A stretch of 64,000 nt of DNA from Planctomycetota bacterium (GTDB taxonomy: Bacteria; Planctomycetota; UBA8108; UBA1146). Numbering within the stretch: the first letter of the stretch is position 1; each line of letters starts with the position of its first letter. The position numbers were made by a program, and so were the translations under genes. The notes beneath the pieces were generated by a model. It was not told the origin of the DNA, did not search any database, and was given only the letters and a program-made list of their open reading frames with translations. Location of the stretch: positions 7,194 to 71,193 of the forward strand of contig JAYZTT010000009.1 in NCBI GenBank assembly GCA_036125855.1, given 5' to 3'. Positions 46,201 through 54,072 of this stretch are shown here, piece after piece.

Positions 46201-47945
46201 GCGTCGATGTCATCGGTGAGCCCGTTAGGACCGCTGCCATCGAAGAGTCCGATGTCAACCCGGCCACTGGCATAGATGTTCGGGCCTCCCGGTACGGCTC
46301 CTGACGGTATAAAAACCGCGATATCGTCGGCGGTGAGAATTCCATCCGGGGGCAATCCTGCACGAGGAGCCTCGGGTCTTGGAGATCCTATACTTGCCGA
46401 GGGTTCACTCAGTGAGTACCAGGCTGGTCGATCAGGTTCACCATTTCCATCGAAGTCGGAAAAGTTGGGTGCAAAGTTATCGAGCGCATCGAGATCATCT
46501 GCCGGATTTAAAACAAAACTACTATGGGGAAGTACCAGTGTGTTGTGAGGAGGAGCACCGGTTGTAACTCCCGTCGATCCGAACTCAGAAGATGATGCCG
46601 TTGGAGGAAAGGCGGTCGCCGCCAGGTTTACCGCAGAACCGGGAGCACCAAAACTGCTGCGATCGACGGAAAAGTAAATATTTCGACCCGGATCAGTAAC
46701 ACTGACACCGTGGCAGAACGCATCAACATCATCCTCAAAGGGAAGCACTCCCAACACCGTCAAACCTGGAGTAGGGGGAGCTCCCATGCCGTAAATAACT
46801 GAGGGGCCCTGCACAGGAGAACTGCCCGGCCCGACCGAAAAAGAAGGATTCTGGATGATCGAGACCTCGGGGACATCGGGATTTGGTTCCAGGATGATCG
46901 AAGATCCATTGGGGTCGTCGAGGATCACCGTGTCGGCAAGGTCAAGGTGCCAATCAACCACGGGAACCAGCAGATCATTACCCTGTGGAAAGTTCGAAGA
47001 AGGAGTCAGTGGCACACCGGAGGCAGATCCAAGCACGGCACCATTTCCATTCCGAAGGAGCATATCAACCAAGTAAATTGGCGGATTATTTGTCGGCTGA
47101 GGAACCGCCATCCAGGGTGCCTCCGGAGAAGTCTTGATGCTCAACTGCATATCGAAAAACGAATTTGATAACTCAGCGCCGATGACTTCCATCGGATAAG
47201 CAATCTCACCGGAACTATTGGTCACGGCTTCTCCGCGATTGATAGAGATGACACCACGAAATGTAACGGTTTGAGAATTACTGCTATTGGAACCATCTGT
47301 CATCGTGAACTGGGCTGTCATCAACGCATTATCAACGCTTGGAGGAACTGGAGAATCGACAGGCGGCGGAGGAGGCGGAGGGAAACACGGACCGACAGCG
47401 GTGGGAAGATTGTTCGCATTTGAATCTCCGAAAATGGGATCCACGATGCAAATCTCTGGAGGTGTAAGAGGACAGTTCGTGCAAGAAAAACCGACAACCA
47501 CCAGAGTCGCCAGTGCGGGTTGCGGGGAAATCGTAGCCCCTGTCATACTGAAGCCGATCACCATCGAATCAGTATGATCCAACGAAAATCCTGCATCCCC
47601 CGCAAGGCCATCGCTAGCGTTTGTGATGACCATATCTGGACTGAAAATCAGGCCGAACTGAAAGCCCGCAACGGAAACATTACTGGCCATCATGATATTG
47701 ATGATTCCGCCACCATTAGACGGGAAGTACTGAACAGTCCCCACCTCCAGAAGAACATCGAAACCAGGAGGAACCGGCGAAGGATTCTGCGCCTGCAAAG
47801 GGCCAGCCAGAAGCGATAAGGTGATGGTGAAGAAGAACAACTTCATCACGAACCCCACAAAGCGCGACTGAGCCAGATCTACTGGAGCAATGGAATCAAC
47901 TTGTTGGGTCGACATGGGAGCATTGGTGACGGACGGGAACGGCAT
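43209..47945 (-). CDS. Large secreted modular protein: cohesin-like N-domain, propeller-like core, 2 Cys-rich PPC-like repeats, 5 Ig/FN3-like repeats, C-terminal dockerin
   Basis: AGGAGGT ribosome-binding site before ATG 47945; signal segment ending LQA-Q; GDPNGDGAIDIGD and DVNGDGTTDISD duplicated Ca-binding loops. Confidence 0.8.
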   Translation of the reverse strand: MPFPSVTNAPMSTQQVDSIAPVDLAQSRFVGFVMKLFFFTITLSLLAGPLQAQNPSPVPPGFDVLLEVGTVQYFPSNGGGIINIMMASNVSVAGFQFGLIFSPDMVITNASDGLAGDAGFSLDHTDSMVIGFSMTGATISPQPALATLVVVGFSCTNCPLTPPEICIVDPIFGDSNANNLPTAVGPCFPPPPPPPVDSPVPPSVDNALMTAQFTMTDGSNSSNSQTVTFRGVISINRGEAVTNSSGEIAYPMEVIGAELSNSFFDMQLSIKTSPEAPWMAVPQPTNNPPIYLVDMLLRNGNGAVLGSASGVPLTPSSNFPQGNDLLVPVVDWHLDLADTVILDDPNGSSIILEPNPDVPEVSIIQNPSFSVGPGSSPVQGPSVIYGMGAPPTPGLTVLGVLPFEDDVDAFCHGVSVTDPGRNIYFSVDRSSFGAPGSAVNLAATAFPPTASSSEFGSTGVTTGAPPHNTLVLPHSSFVLNPADDLDALDNFAPNFSDFDGNGEPDRPAWYSLSEPSASIGSPRPEAPRAGLPPDGILTADDIAVFIPSGAVPGGPNIYASGRVDIGLFDGSGPNGLTDDIDAVVMMPLISWDSGNPPQITPAPKNETPLNAQGEINIPAGGLSWDLAFFSLSRDSASLGGPLGYTAADVFVTNFNGTFMRLHQAADLDLTGEDNINAMKFMLTSWHGSVEKTGNNTTGSNVGVLFGNDLVRVDVPAVSTGSGFVIAQAIADGLNDSSYFQARPWMRAIAREYNSGLLSIIGSGPCNTVFLPSNPNIVITPMPLPLPFPLFPPGGVCPGDECDDPIPAVEGFNGFDTTDCTDSPDPYDDALCLGTVLGEMNQDIWFTYTPEVCGVLKASTCSTSSFDTDLVGYHAISCSEKIQIACNGDALGCANFTSEMQFPVTAGNKYLIRLGGWDANAFGNGEMRLELVPDSTIGDECVDAISASLGANWLDTSCATDSLDAYGDAQCANTALGAMVQDVWYVYTPDLDGLLNVRTCDRIDFDSDLVIYKGNCTDLEQIACNGDGVDPATGAVCAGFSSAVEDVPIFAGEPIYIRVGGWEDGQSGKGLLDLEYRQATTPPAIEQLTCSSDCADTATITWVNGGAYDSITVLVNGTVVATLGGADTSYTATGITGTRTICLEPVAGGMVGPQVCCEVFGLTPPPENVNCDPSAATTDVVIAWNNPVAYNAVEVWVNGVMEATLPGTDTNFVVVGGAGREICVRGLLANCWSDLKCCDDTGTPPPPEVQELICESDCADTASITWVNGGAYDSITVLVNGAAVATLGGADTSYTATGITGTRIICLEPVAGGLVGPQVCCEVFGLTPPPENVSCDPIFGTTNVAVAWNNPVSYDAIEVWVNGVMETTLPGTATNFLVALGAGREICVRGLVANCWSELKCCDNTGTPPGVGDLNCDPILGTTDVAVAWSNPIVYDSIEVTLNGTLVQTLSGTDTFTTVTGVVGTREICVIGIIGGVATDSACCTVSTGGPGNPPVTAGDPNGDGAIDIGDAVNMLGYLFSQEAINCLAAMDVNGDGTTDISDPIYVLAYLFTGGQTPVGGGPCSPDSSSLGCDDGGCP
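43722..44700 (-). repeat. 492-bp intragenic tandem duplication (two Ig-like modules per unit)
   Basis: Matching words recur at a 492-bp offset (43741/44233 and 44141/44633); ends approximate. Confidence 0.85.
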
Positions 47946-48318
47946 CGAGCACCTCCTGGATAGGAAGACAATTGAACAAATCTCATAGGGACCGATGAAG
48001 AGCAGAGCTATCACCTGACTCATGAAATAACGAACTGGTAAATTGACAGGGAAAATTCCCTCGCTTACATGCGATGAAATCAAAGGAAAGACCAAGTAGC
48101 TAGCAATGCAGTACACACGTAGCACATGTGTAGTAACAATTACTTGCTCACTCTATGCCGGATCTGAAAGGTCAGTCAGATTAGCCTCCACCTGGAATCC
48201 AATAAAATTGGATGATGAACAGGTAGGGGATATTCAATGAACAGCTTCAGCTCGAATAGCAGCCCTCGATAGGTGCTCGTCAGTGGGGCCAATAGGAATC
48301 CAACTGCTCCAAAATACA

Positions 48319-48422
48319 GGCAGTGATCGCCGACGAGGCGATCCGACGAATCGTCGCTCTCCGATTATGTTCATGAAAAAAGGGCTGACGCGTAGTTCCG
48401 CGCCAGCCCTTCTTATCATCTT
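48319..48422 (+). pseudogene. Direct repeat copy 2: decayed fragment of permease C-terminus plus terminator
   Basis: Encodes AVIADEAIRRIVALRLCS* versus AVIADEAIRRTVARRKSS* in the intact permease; same hairpin follows. Confidence 0.85.
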
Positions 48423-48432
48423 GCAGCTTCGA

Positions 48433-51400
48433 TCAGGGACACGGTGTGTAGACACACAATGGCAAGGCATCGACGGTCGGATCGGGACCACAGTTGACGG
48501 GACCAGGAGCCGGAATCGACCCGCCAAGGAATAGGTAACCCAGAGCCTTGATCGCATCGGCAATGTCGATGGTCCCATCGTCATTCACATCTCGGGCATC
48601 TTCACATCCGAATGTCGCACCGCCCGAGAATAACTGACCCAACAGGGCAATCGCATCGGCGATGTCAACGCCTGCATCGTGATTGATATCTCCCCGGCGG
48701 AAGGTTGGTTCGGTGGGACCACCGACATCCACGATGCAACACGCCGGCTCCGTGGGCGCGCCGGTCACCAAAATTCCAGTCACGCAGATCTCACGTGTAC
48801 CGGTCACTCCGGAGACGGTTGTGAAATCCGCCGTGCCGGAAAGGGTCTGCACCAGAACTCCATTGAGTGTGACCTCGATGGAAGAGTAGAAACCAGGATT
48901 GGTCCAGGAGACTGCGACCTCGCCATTCGTTTGATTAGGATCGCAACTGATCTCGCCGATTCCAGGTGTCGTTCCAGTATCGTCACAACACTTCAACTCG
49001 GACCAGCAGTTGGCGATGAGGCCACGTACGCAGATCACACGCCCGACACCACCCACCACAACGAAGTTGGTTTCGGTTCCGGGCAGAGTGGCTACCGCCA
49101 CACCATTGACCCACACCTCGATGGCGTTATAGACAACTGGATTGGTCCAGGCGACCACAACATCGGTGGAGGCCGCACCAGGATCACAGTTGACGTTCTC
49201 TGGTGGTGGCGTCAGGCCGAACACTTCACAACAAGCCTGCGGTGCCACCAAACCACCGGCGACCGGTTCGACACACATCGTCCGGGCACCAGAGATCCCG
49301 GTGTAGGAATAACTGGTATCGGATCCGCCGAGCGTATCGACCAGCGTGCCGTTGACGTAGATGTTGATGGCGTCATAGGTGCCAGCATTGCTCCAGGTGA
49401 GGGTCGTGATCTCCGTGCAGTCGGAGCTACAGTCCAGTTCCTCGACCGCTGCCGGAGCATTATTCTGACGATACTCCAGCTCGAGCAATCCCTTGCCCCT
49501 CGAATCGGGAAAGTAACCTCCGACACGAATGAAAATGGTATCACCATTGATGATGGGAATGTCTTCAGCGGCGGATGTGAAACCTAAACAATCGTTGCCC
49601 GCAGAATCGACTCCGTCACCGTTACAACCGATCTGAATCAAACCATCGCAGGCCCCTGTGTACACGACGATACTTGAATCGAAATCGACCGTATTACAGG
49701 TGCGAACATTGATCGAACCATCCGCATCCGGGGTGTAGACATACCAAACGTCATTCGCCACCGCGCCGAGGAAAGTTCCAGGGCACTGGTCTTCGTTGAA
49801 CGCATCGGCACTGGTAGTCGCACAGGTGGTATCGACCCAGTTGAAACCCAGGGATGCCGGGATGGCATCGACACATTCATCGCCCAAGGTGGTCGCTGGA
49901 GCCAGATCGAGGAATAACTCGCCGTTGCCAAACGCACCGTCATCGAACCCACCCAGACGAATCAGATACTTGTTCCCCGCTGACACCGGGAACTCCATCT
50001 CGGAGGTAAAGTCGGGACAGTTGGGTCCATCACCATTGCAAGCGATCTGATACTTGTCGGTACAGGAGAAGGCGTAATAGCCGACCAGATCGGTATCGAA
50101 GGAGGCGAATCCACAGGTACTCACCCTCAGTACCCCACACTCATCAGCCGTGTAGGTGAACCAGATGTCCTGATTCATATTGCCAAGGAAAGTATTGGGA
50201 CATTGCGTATCGTCGTACGGATCAGTGCTGTTGGTGCAATCGGTCGTATCGAATGGATTGAATCCGAGAACCGCGGGAATCGGATCATCGCATTCATCGC
50301 CGGGACAACCTCCAGCAGCTGGAATCAGCGGGAACGGTAGCGGCACCGGAATCGGCTCGATAACGATCCCTGGATCACTGACCGTTATGATCGTATTGCA
50401 GGGGCCAGCGCCGATGATGGTCAGCAACCCCGAATTGAAATAGTGAGCCGAGGCGCGCAACCAGGATCTCGCCTGGAAGAAGCTACTGTTGTTGAGGGCA
50501 TCGGCCACCGTCTCAGCAACGGTGAAACCGCCACCGGTCGCTACCGTCGGTAAATCAACGGCAACAACGCCGTCTCCGATGGTGACTGTCACGATCGAAC
50601 CACCGGTTGGCGGCGGATTACCAGGCACATCGACGGAACCGTGCCAGCTACTGAGCATGAACTTCATGGCATTGAGATTATCTTCAGCGGTCAGTCCGAT
50701 GTTGGCCGCAGGAATCATCAAGGCAAAGGAGCCATTAAAGTTGGTGACAAAGATATCGGCAGCATTAAAACCACCGGCAGCCAGCGATGGCGAACCGGGT
50801 GCCAGGGAAAAGAACGCCAGATCGGTAGTAATCGGCGTGATCAGATTGCCCTGAGCATCGAGCGGTTGCTCCTGGCCGGGCAAAAGGAAAGGTTGAGCTC
50901 CCTGTTCCCAGGTTCGAAACGTCATCATCACCAGCGCATCGAGATCATCACCAACGTCGACACCGTTAGCAGGATCCGCGCTGATCAAACCGATATCCTG
51001 GTTACCGCTGCCGTAAATGGCAGGGCCAACTCCTGGTGCAAAGACCAATATGTCATCGGCAGAAATGGAGCCGTCAGGAACACCAGGTCGCAAATCTGGT
51101 ACGAGTTGTCCGATGGAAGGATCTCCGGCACTCAAGGAGTAATAAACCGGACGTTCTGGAAACAAATCACCGGGGTTGTCGAAATCGACAAAATTGGGTG
51201 GGAAGTTATCGAGTGCATCCAGGTCATCGGCGGGAGCCAGCACCAGATCGGTGTTCGGCACCACCAGAGAATTGCTACCGGGGCCACCGAGACCGATTCC
51301 GGCGAACTCGGATGATGACTGGTAAGGGGTCGGGGCACTCGCCGCAGCTCGTACTGCTGTTCCCGCGGCACCTGGCGATCCTGGCGCAACCGAGAAGATC

Positions 51401-52209
51401 ACGTTTCGACCCGGATCGGTCACACTCACGCCGTAGCACAGAGCATCAATATTATCCCTGGGACTGATTTCCAGACCGGGAACTGGCGGGTTGCCACGGC
51501 GGTAGATGGTTGCCGCACTGAGCAAACCCACGGTACCAAAATCGACCGAGAAGGACGGATTCTGTCTCGATTCCATCTCTCTATCATCAGGATCTGGCAC
51601 CAGGGTTCCCACTTCAATACCGCTACTGGGATCGACAAAGATCATTTCATTTTCAAATTCGAATTTCCAGTTGGCGATGGGCAAGGTGCGAGCATCTTCG
51701 ACGATCACAACCGTGTGACTCTGAGACTCGACCGCCAGGTTGCCGATGGTTCCCACCAGACCCAGTTCGAAGGTGGCTGTTGCCCCCAACGGACTCTGCG
51801 GATTCGAACCACGCTCGATGATTCCCGCAAAAGTGGTGTTCGGGTCGGCTTCCAAGGAGACGGGCCCCAGTACTGGATGATCTCCCCAAAGGTCGAGGGC
51901 GACGATTTCCAGTTCGATTCGTTCGCCGCCGTTGGGATCGACTTGAGGATCTGTGCGGTTGACCGACAGGATTCCGTCTAAACCCACATCCAGCGCCGCG
52001 CCGGTTGGTCCCACCAAAGTGAAATAGGCCCGCACCTGCACGTTGTCGACACTACCTTCTGGAAATGAAACGGGGCCTCCCGGTTGTGCCAGCAGCACCC
52101 TCTGACCCATGGGCACCGTCAAAAAAAGTATCAGTCCCAGTACTAATGGGACATATCGCTGCAGCGGAATAATAGATTCGGGACCATTAGCAACGGGCTG
52201 GATTCGCAT
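48433..52209 (-). CDS. Paralog of the 43209-47945 protein: secreted, 2 PPC-like repeats, 3 Ig-like repeats, C-terminal dockerin, no cohesin-like domain
   Basis: AGGAGGT ribosome-binding site before ATG 52209; long near-identical blocks (QNPSFSV, GVSVTDPGRN, NAMKFML, CPGDECDDPIPAV); FRRGDINHDAGVDIAD. Confidence 0.85.
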   Translation of the reverse strand: MRIQPVANGPESIIPLQRYVPLVLGLILFLTVPMGQRVLLAQPGGPVSFPEGSVDNVQVRAYFTLVGPTGAALDVGLDGILSVNRTDPQVDPNGGERIELEIVALDLWGDHPVLGPVSLEADPNTTFAGIIERGSNPQSPLGATATFELGLVGTIGNLAVESQSHTVVIVEDARTLPIANWKFEFENEMIFVDPSSGIEVGTLVPDPDDREMESRQNPSFSVDFGTVGLLSAATIYRRGNPPVPGLEISPRDNIDALCYGVSVTDPGRNVIFSVAPGSPGAAGTAVRAAASAPTPYQSSSEFAGIGLGGPGSNSLVVPNTDLVLAPADDLDALDNFPPNFVDFDNPGDLFPERPVYYSLSAGDPSIGQLVPDLRPGVPDGSISADDILVFAPGVGPAIYGSGNQDIGLISADPANGVDVGDDLDALVMMTFRTWEQGAQPFLLPGQEQPLDAQGNLITPITTDLAFFSLAPGSPSLAAGGFNAADIFVTNFNGSFALMIPAANIGLTAEDNLNAMKFMLSSWHGSVDVPGNPPPTGGSIVTVTIGDGVVAVDLPTVATGGGFTVAETVADALNNSSFFQARSWLRASAHYFNSGLLTIIGAGPCNTIITVSDPGIVIEPIPVPLPFPLIPAAGGCPGDECDDPIPAVLGFNPFDTTDCTNSTDPYDDTQCPNTFLGNMNQDIWFTYTADECGVLRVSTCGFASFDTDLVGYYAFSCTDKYQIACNGDGPNCPDFTSEMEFPVSAGNKYLIRLGGFDDGAFGNGELFLDLAPATTLGDECVDAIPASLGFNWVDTTCATTSADAFNEDQCPGTFLGAVANDVWYVYTPDADGSINVRTCNTVDFDSSIVVYTGACDGLIQIGCNGDGVDSAGNDCLGFTSAAEDIPIINGDTIFIRVGGYFPDSRGKGLLELEYRQNNAPAAVEELDCSSDCTEITTLTWSNAGTYDAINIYVNGTLVDTLGGSDTSYSYTGISGARTMCVEPVAGGLVAPQACCEVFGLTPPPENVNCDPGAASTDVVVAWTNPVVYNAIEVWVNGVAVATLPGTETNFVVVGGVGRVICVRGLIANCWSELKCCDDTGTTPGIGEISCDPNQTNGEVAVSWTNPGFYSSIEVTLNGVLVQTLSGTADFTTVSGVTGTREICVTGILVTGAPTEPACCIVDVGGPTEPTFRRGDINHDAGVDIADAIALLGQLFSGGATFGCEDARDVNDDGTIDIADAIKALGYLFLGGSIPAPGPVNCGPDPTVDALPLCVYTPCP

Positions 52210-52490
52210 CAAACACCTCCTGAGTGATAATAAATCCATCAAATTTAGACCTATGAGTCGTTATTCTCAGACGTTATCGGTAGTGGCGCAAGTGCGCTCA
52301 ATAGGAATCCCGCAGGGGATCCTGCATTCGTCACAACACAGCCCAAACCGATACACCGAAGCTCTAAGATTCAAAAAGAGGGGAAACTCTGGCACGGAAA
52401 TACCAAATGAATGTCTATCCGTGACCTGCCGGGGCAGTTATCCCAGTGATTCAGCAACGGCCTTTTTTTCACAGATCAGGAAGATTTTGT

Positions 52491-53990
52491 ATGAAACACA
52501 AATACTCCAAGTCGCTAATGATTCTCTTTCTACTTGCTGCGACGAATACAGGTGTTTGCCAGGACAATCCTAAGGAAAAATCCGCTGCAGAAATATTGCT
52601 CTCGCAACTGAGTGGAACCGATGCCACTGGTAAACAGGAAGTTTTGAAATCAGCCCTCAGCGAAGATGGTCAGCAGATCCGGGCGGTGATTGTTTATATC
52701 AAAGACCGCAGTCAGGTCGCTGGTGACCGGGAGGAAAAAAAACTCATCCTTCAGCGTGACGCCAGCGCCAGGAGCGCCATCTTCGGGCTCGTCATGCTTG
52801 CCGCGGCTCCCGGCAATAAAACGCAGAGTACACAACTGGCAAAAATCCTGGTGTCAGTGACCGGCAATACTCATGGCGAAGGAGTCGACAGGTTTCTGAC
52901 CCGGATGCTGGGGGATCTTGGAAATCCGATCGGCGTGGTGCCGATGTTAGAAGCCGTCATCTCCGACCAGAACTGGTCCGACGAATCGATCCGCAGTCTC
53001 GGATCGATCCCTGGATTGGCTGCCCAGCAAGCGCTCCTCGAAATCCTCCAGAAGGGGCCCGGTCGCTGGAAACCTGCCGCCGCCACTTCCCTGGCAATGA
53101 GGGGAGAGGCAGAGGGGGTGATTCCAGCCTTGCTCGCGTTACTGACCGAGGAGGATACTGCCATCACCGAATCCGCTCTCGATGCTCTGGTCGCCCTCGG
53201 TTCACCACAGGCGATGAAACCGGCCGTCGACCGCCTGGTCGCCGCCCCTGACAGCAACAAGAGCAAGCATGCCGATCAGGTTCTGGAACTCGCTGAGCGG
53301 CTTGAAGCTGGCCGATACGAGTCCTACAGCATCAATCTGCTCGACGCCCTGTTGCTCAGTAAGGGAGTTCCTGAAAATCGTCGCCGAAGTGCCAGCAAGC
53401 TGCGTCAGCGCTGCGCCTCATGGACGAGCATCTTTGATGGCAAGAGCTCGGAGGGCTGGATCGGCCAGACGGACGGATATCAATTTGCTGACGGTGAAAT
53501 TCGTTGTGAACCAGGTAATGGTGGCAACATCTACACTGCAGATGAATATTCCGATTTCATTTTCCGTTTCGAATTCAAACTATCCCCTGGCTCAAACAAC
53601 GGCGTTGGCATTCGCGCCCCAGCGGAGGGAAACGCCGCTTTCGAGGGGATGGAAGTGCAAATCATTGACAATAGCGCCGAGAAGTATGCCACGCTGAAGC
53701 CCTATCAGATGCATGGCAGCATCTATGGCGTTGCTCCTGCCCAGGTCGGGCATCTACTACCAGTGGGACAGTGGAATTTTCAGGAGATACGTTGTGATGG
53801 TCGAAGGGTCACCGTCAGCCTGAACGGAACGACCATCCTCGATACCGATCTGGATGTCGTTAGCCGTGGTGGAACTGTCGACGGAGTCGATCATCCAGGA
53901 TTAAAAAGGAAGTCGGGACACATCGGATTCCTCGGTCACGGTGACGCGGTAGCATTTCGTAATCTACGGGTTCGTTCCCTTTCCGAATAA
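52491..53990 (+). CDS. HEAT-repeat protein with C-terminal DUF1080 (3-keto-disaccharide hydrolase-like) domain
   Basis: Signal peptide; helical repeats; IFDGKS.EGW, YSDFIFRFEFK, NNGVGIR, EVQIID, GHIGFLGHG, FRNLRV. Confidence 0.88.
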   Translation: MKHKYSKSLMILFLLAATNTGVCQDNPKEKSAAEILLSQLSGTDATGKQEVLKSALSEDGQQIRAVIVYIKDRSQVAGDREEKKLILQRDASARSAIFGLVMLAAAPGNKTQSTQLAKILVSVTGNTHGEGVDRFLTRMLGDLGNPIGVVPMLEAVISDQNWSDESIRSLGSIPGLAAQQALLEILQKGPGRWKPAAATSLAMRGEAEGVIPALLALLTEEDTAITESALDALVALGSPQAMKPAVDRLVAAPDSNKSKHADQVLELAERLEAGRYESYSINLLDALLLSKGVPENRRRSASKLRQRCASWTSIFDGKSSEGWIGQTDGYQFADGEIRCEPGNGGNIYTADEYSDFIFRFEFKLSPGSNNGVGIRAPAEGNAAFEGMEVQIIDNSAEKYATLKPYQMHGSIYGVAPAQVGHLLPVGQWNFQEIRCDGRRVTVSLNGTTILDTDLDVVSRGGTVDGVDHPGLKRKSGHIGFLGHGDAVAFRNLRVRSLSE

Positions 53991-54017
53991 CTGGAATCCA
54001 ATCGATCAGAACCAAAA

Positions 54018-54052
54018 AAAGGGCCCTGCATTTTCGTAATGCAGGGCCCTTT
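54018..54052. terminator. Bidirectional rho-independent terminator
   Basis: 15-bp perfect stem aaagggccctgcatt/aatgcagggcccttt between convergent genes; upstream A run. Confidence 0.88.
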
Positions 54053-54072
54053 GAAAACTCTAATTATCAGGC

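Noticed and set aside
48112-48132. TACACA-N9-TGTGTA inverted repeat as an operator
   Set aside because: Single short occurrence, not seen upstream of the paralog; could be chance
43088-48422. Prophage or integrative element bounded by att sites
   Set aside because: No integrase, transposase or phage genes; content is a single paralog of the neighbouring gene
52390-52405. TGGCAC as a sigma-54 promoter (also at 4443)
   Set aside because: No TTGC element at the required spacing
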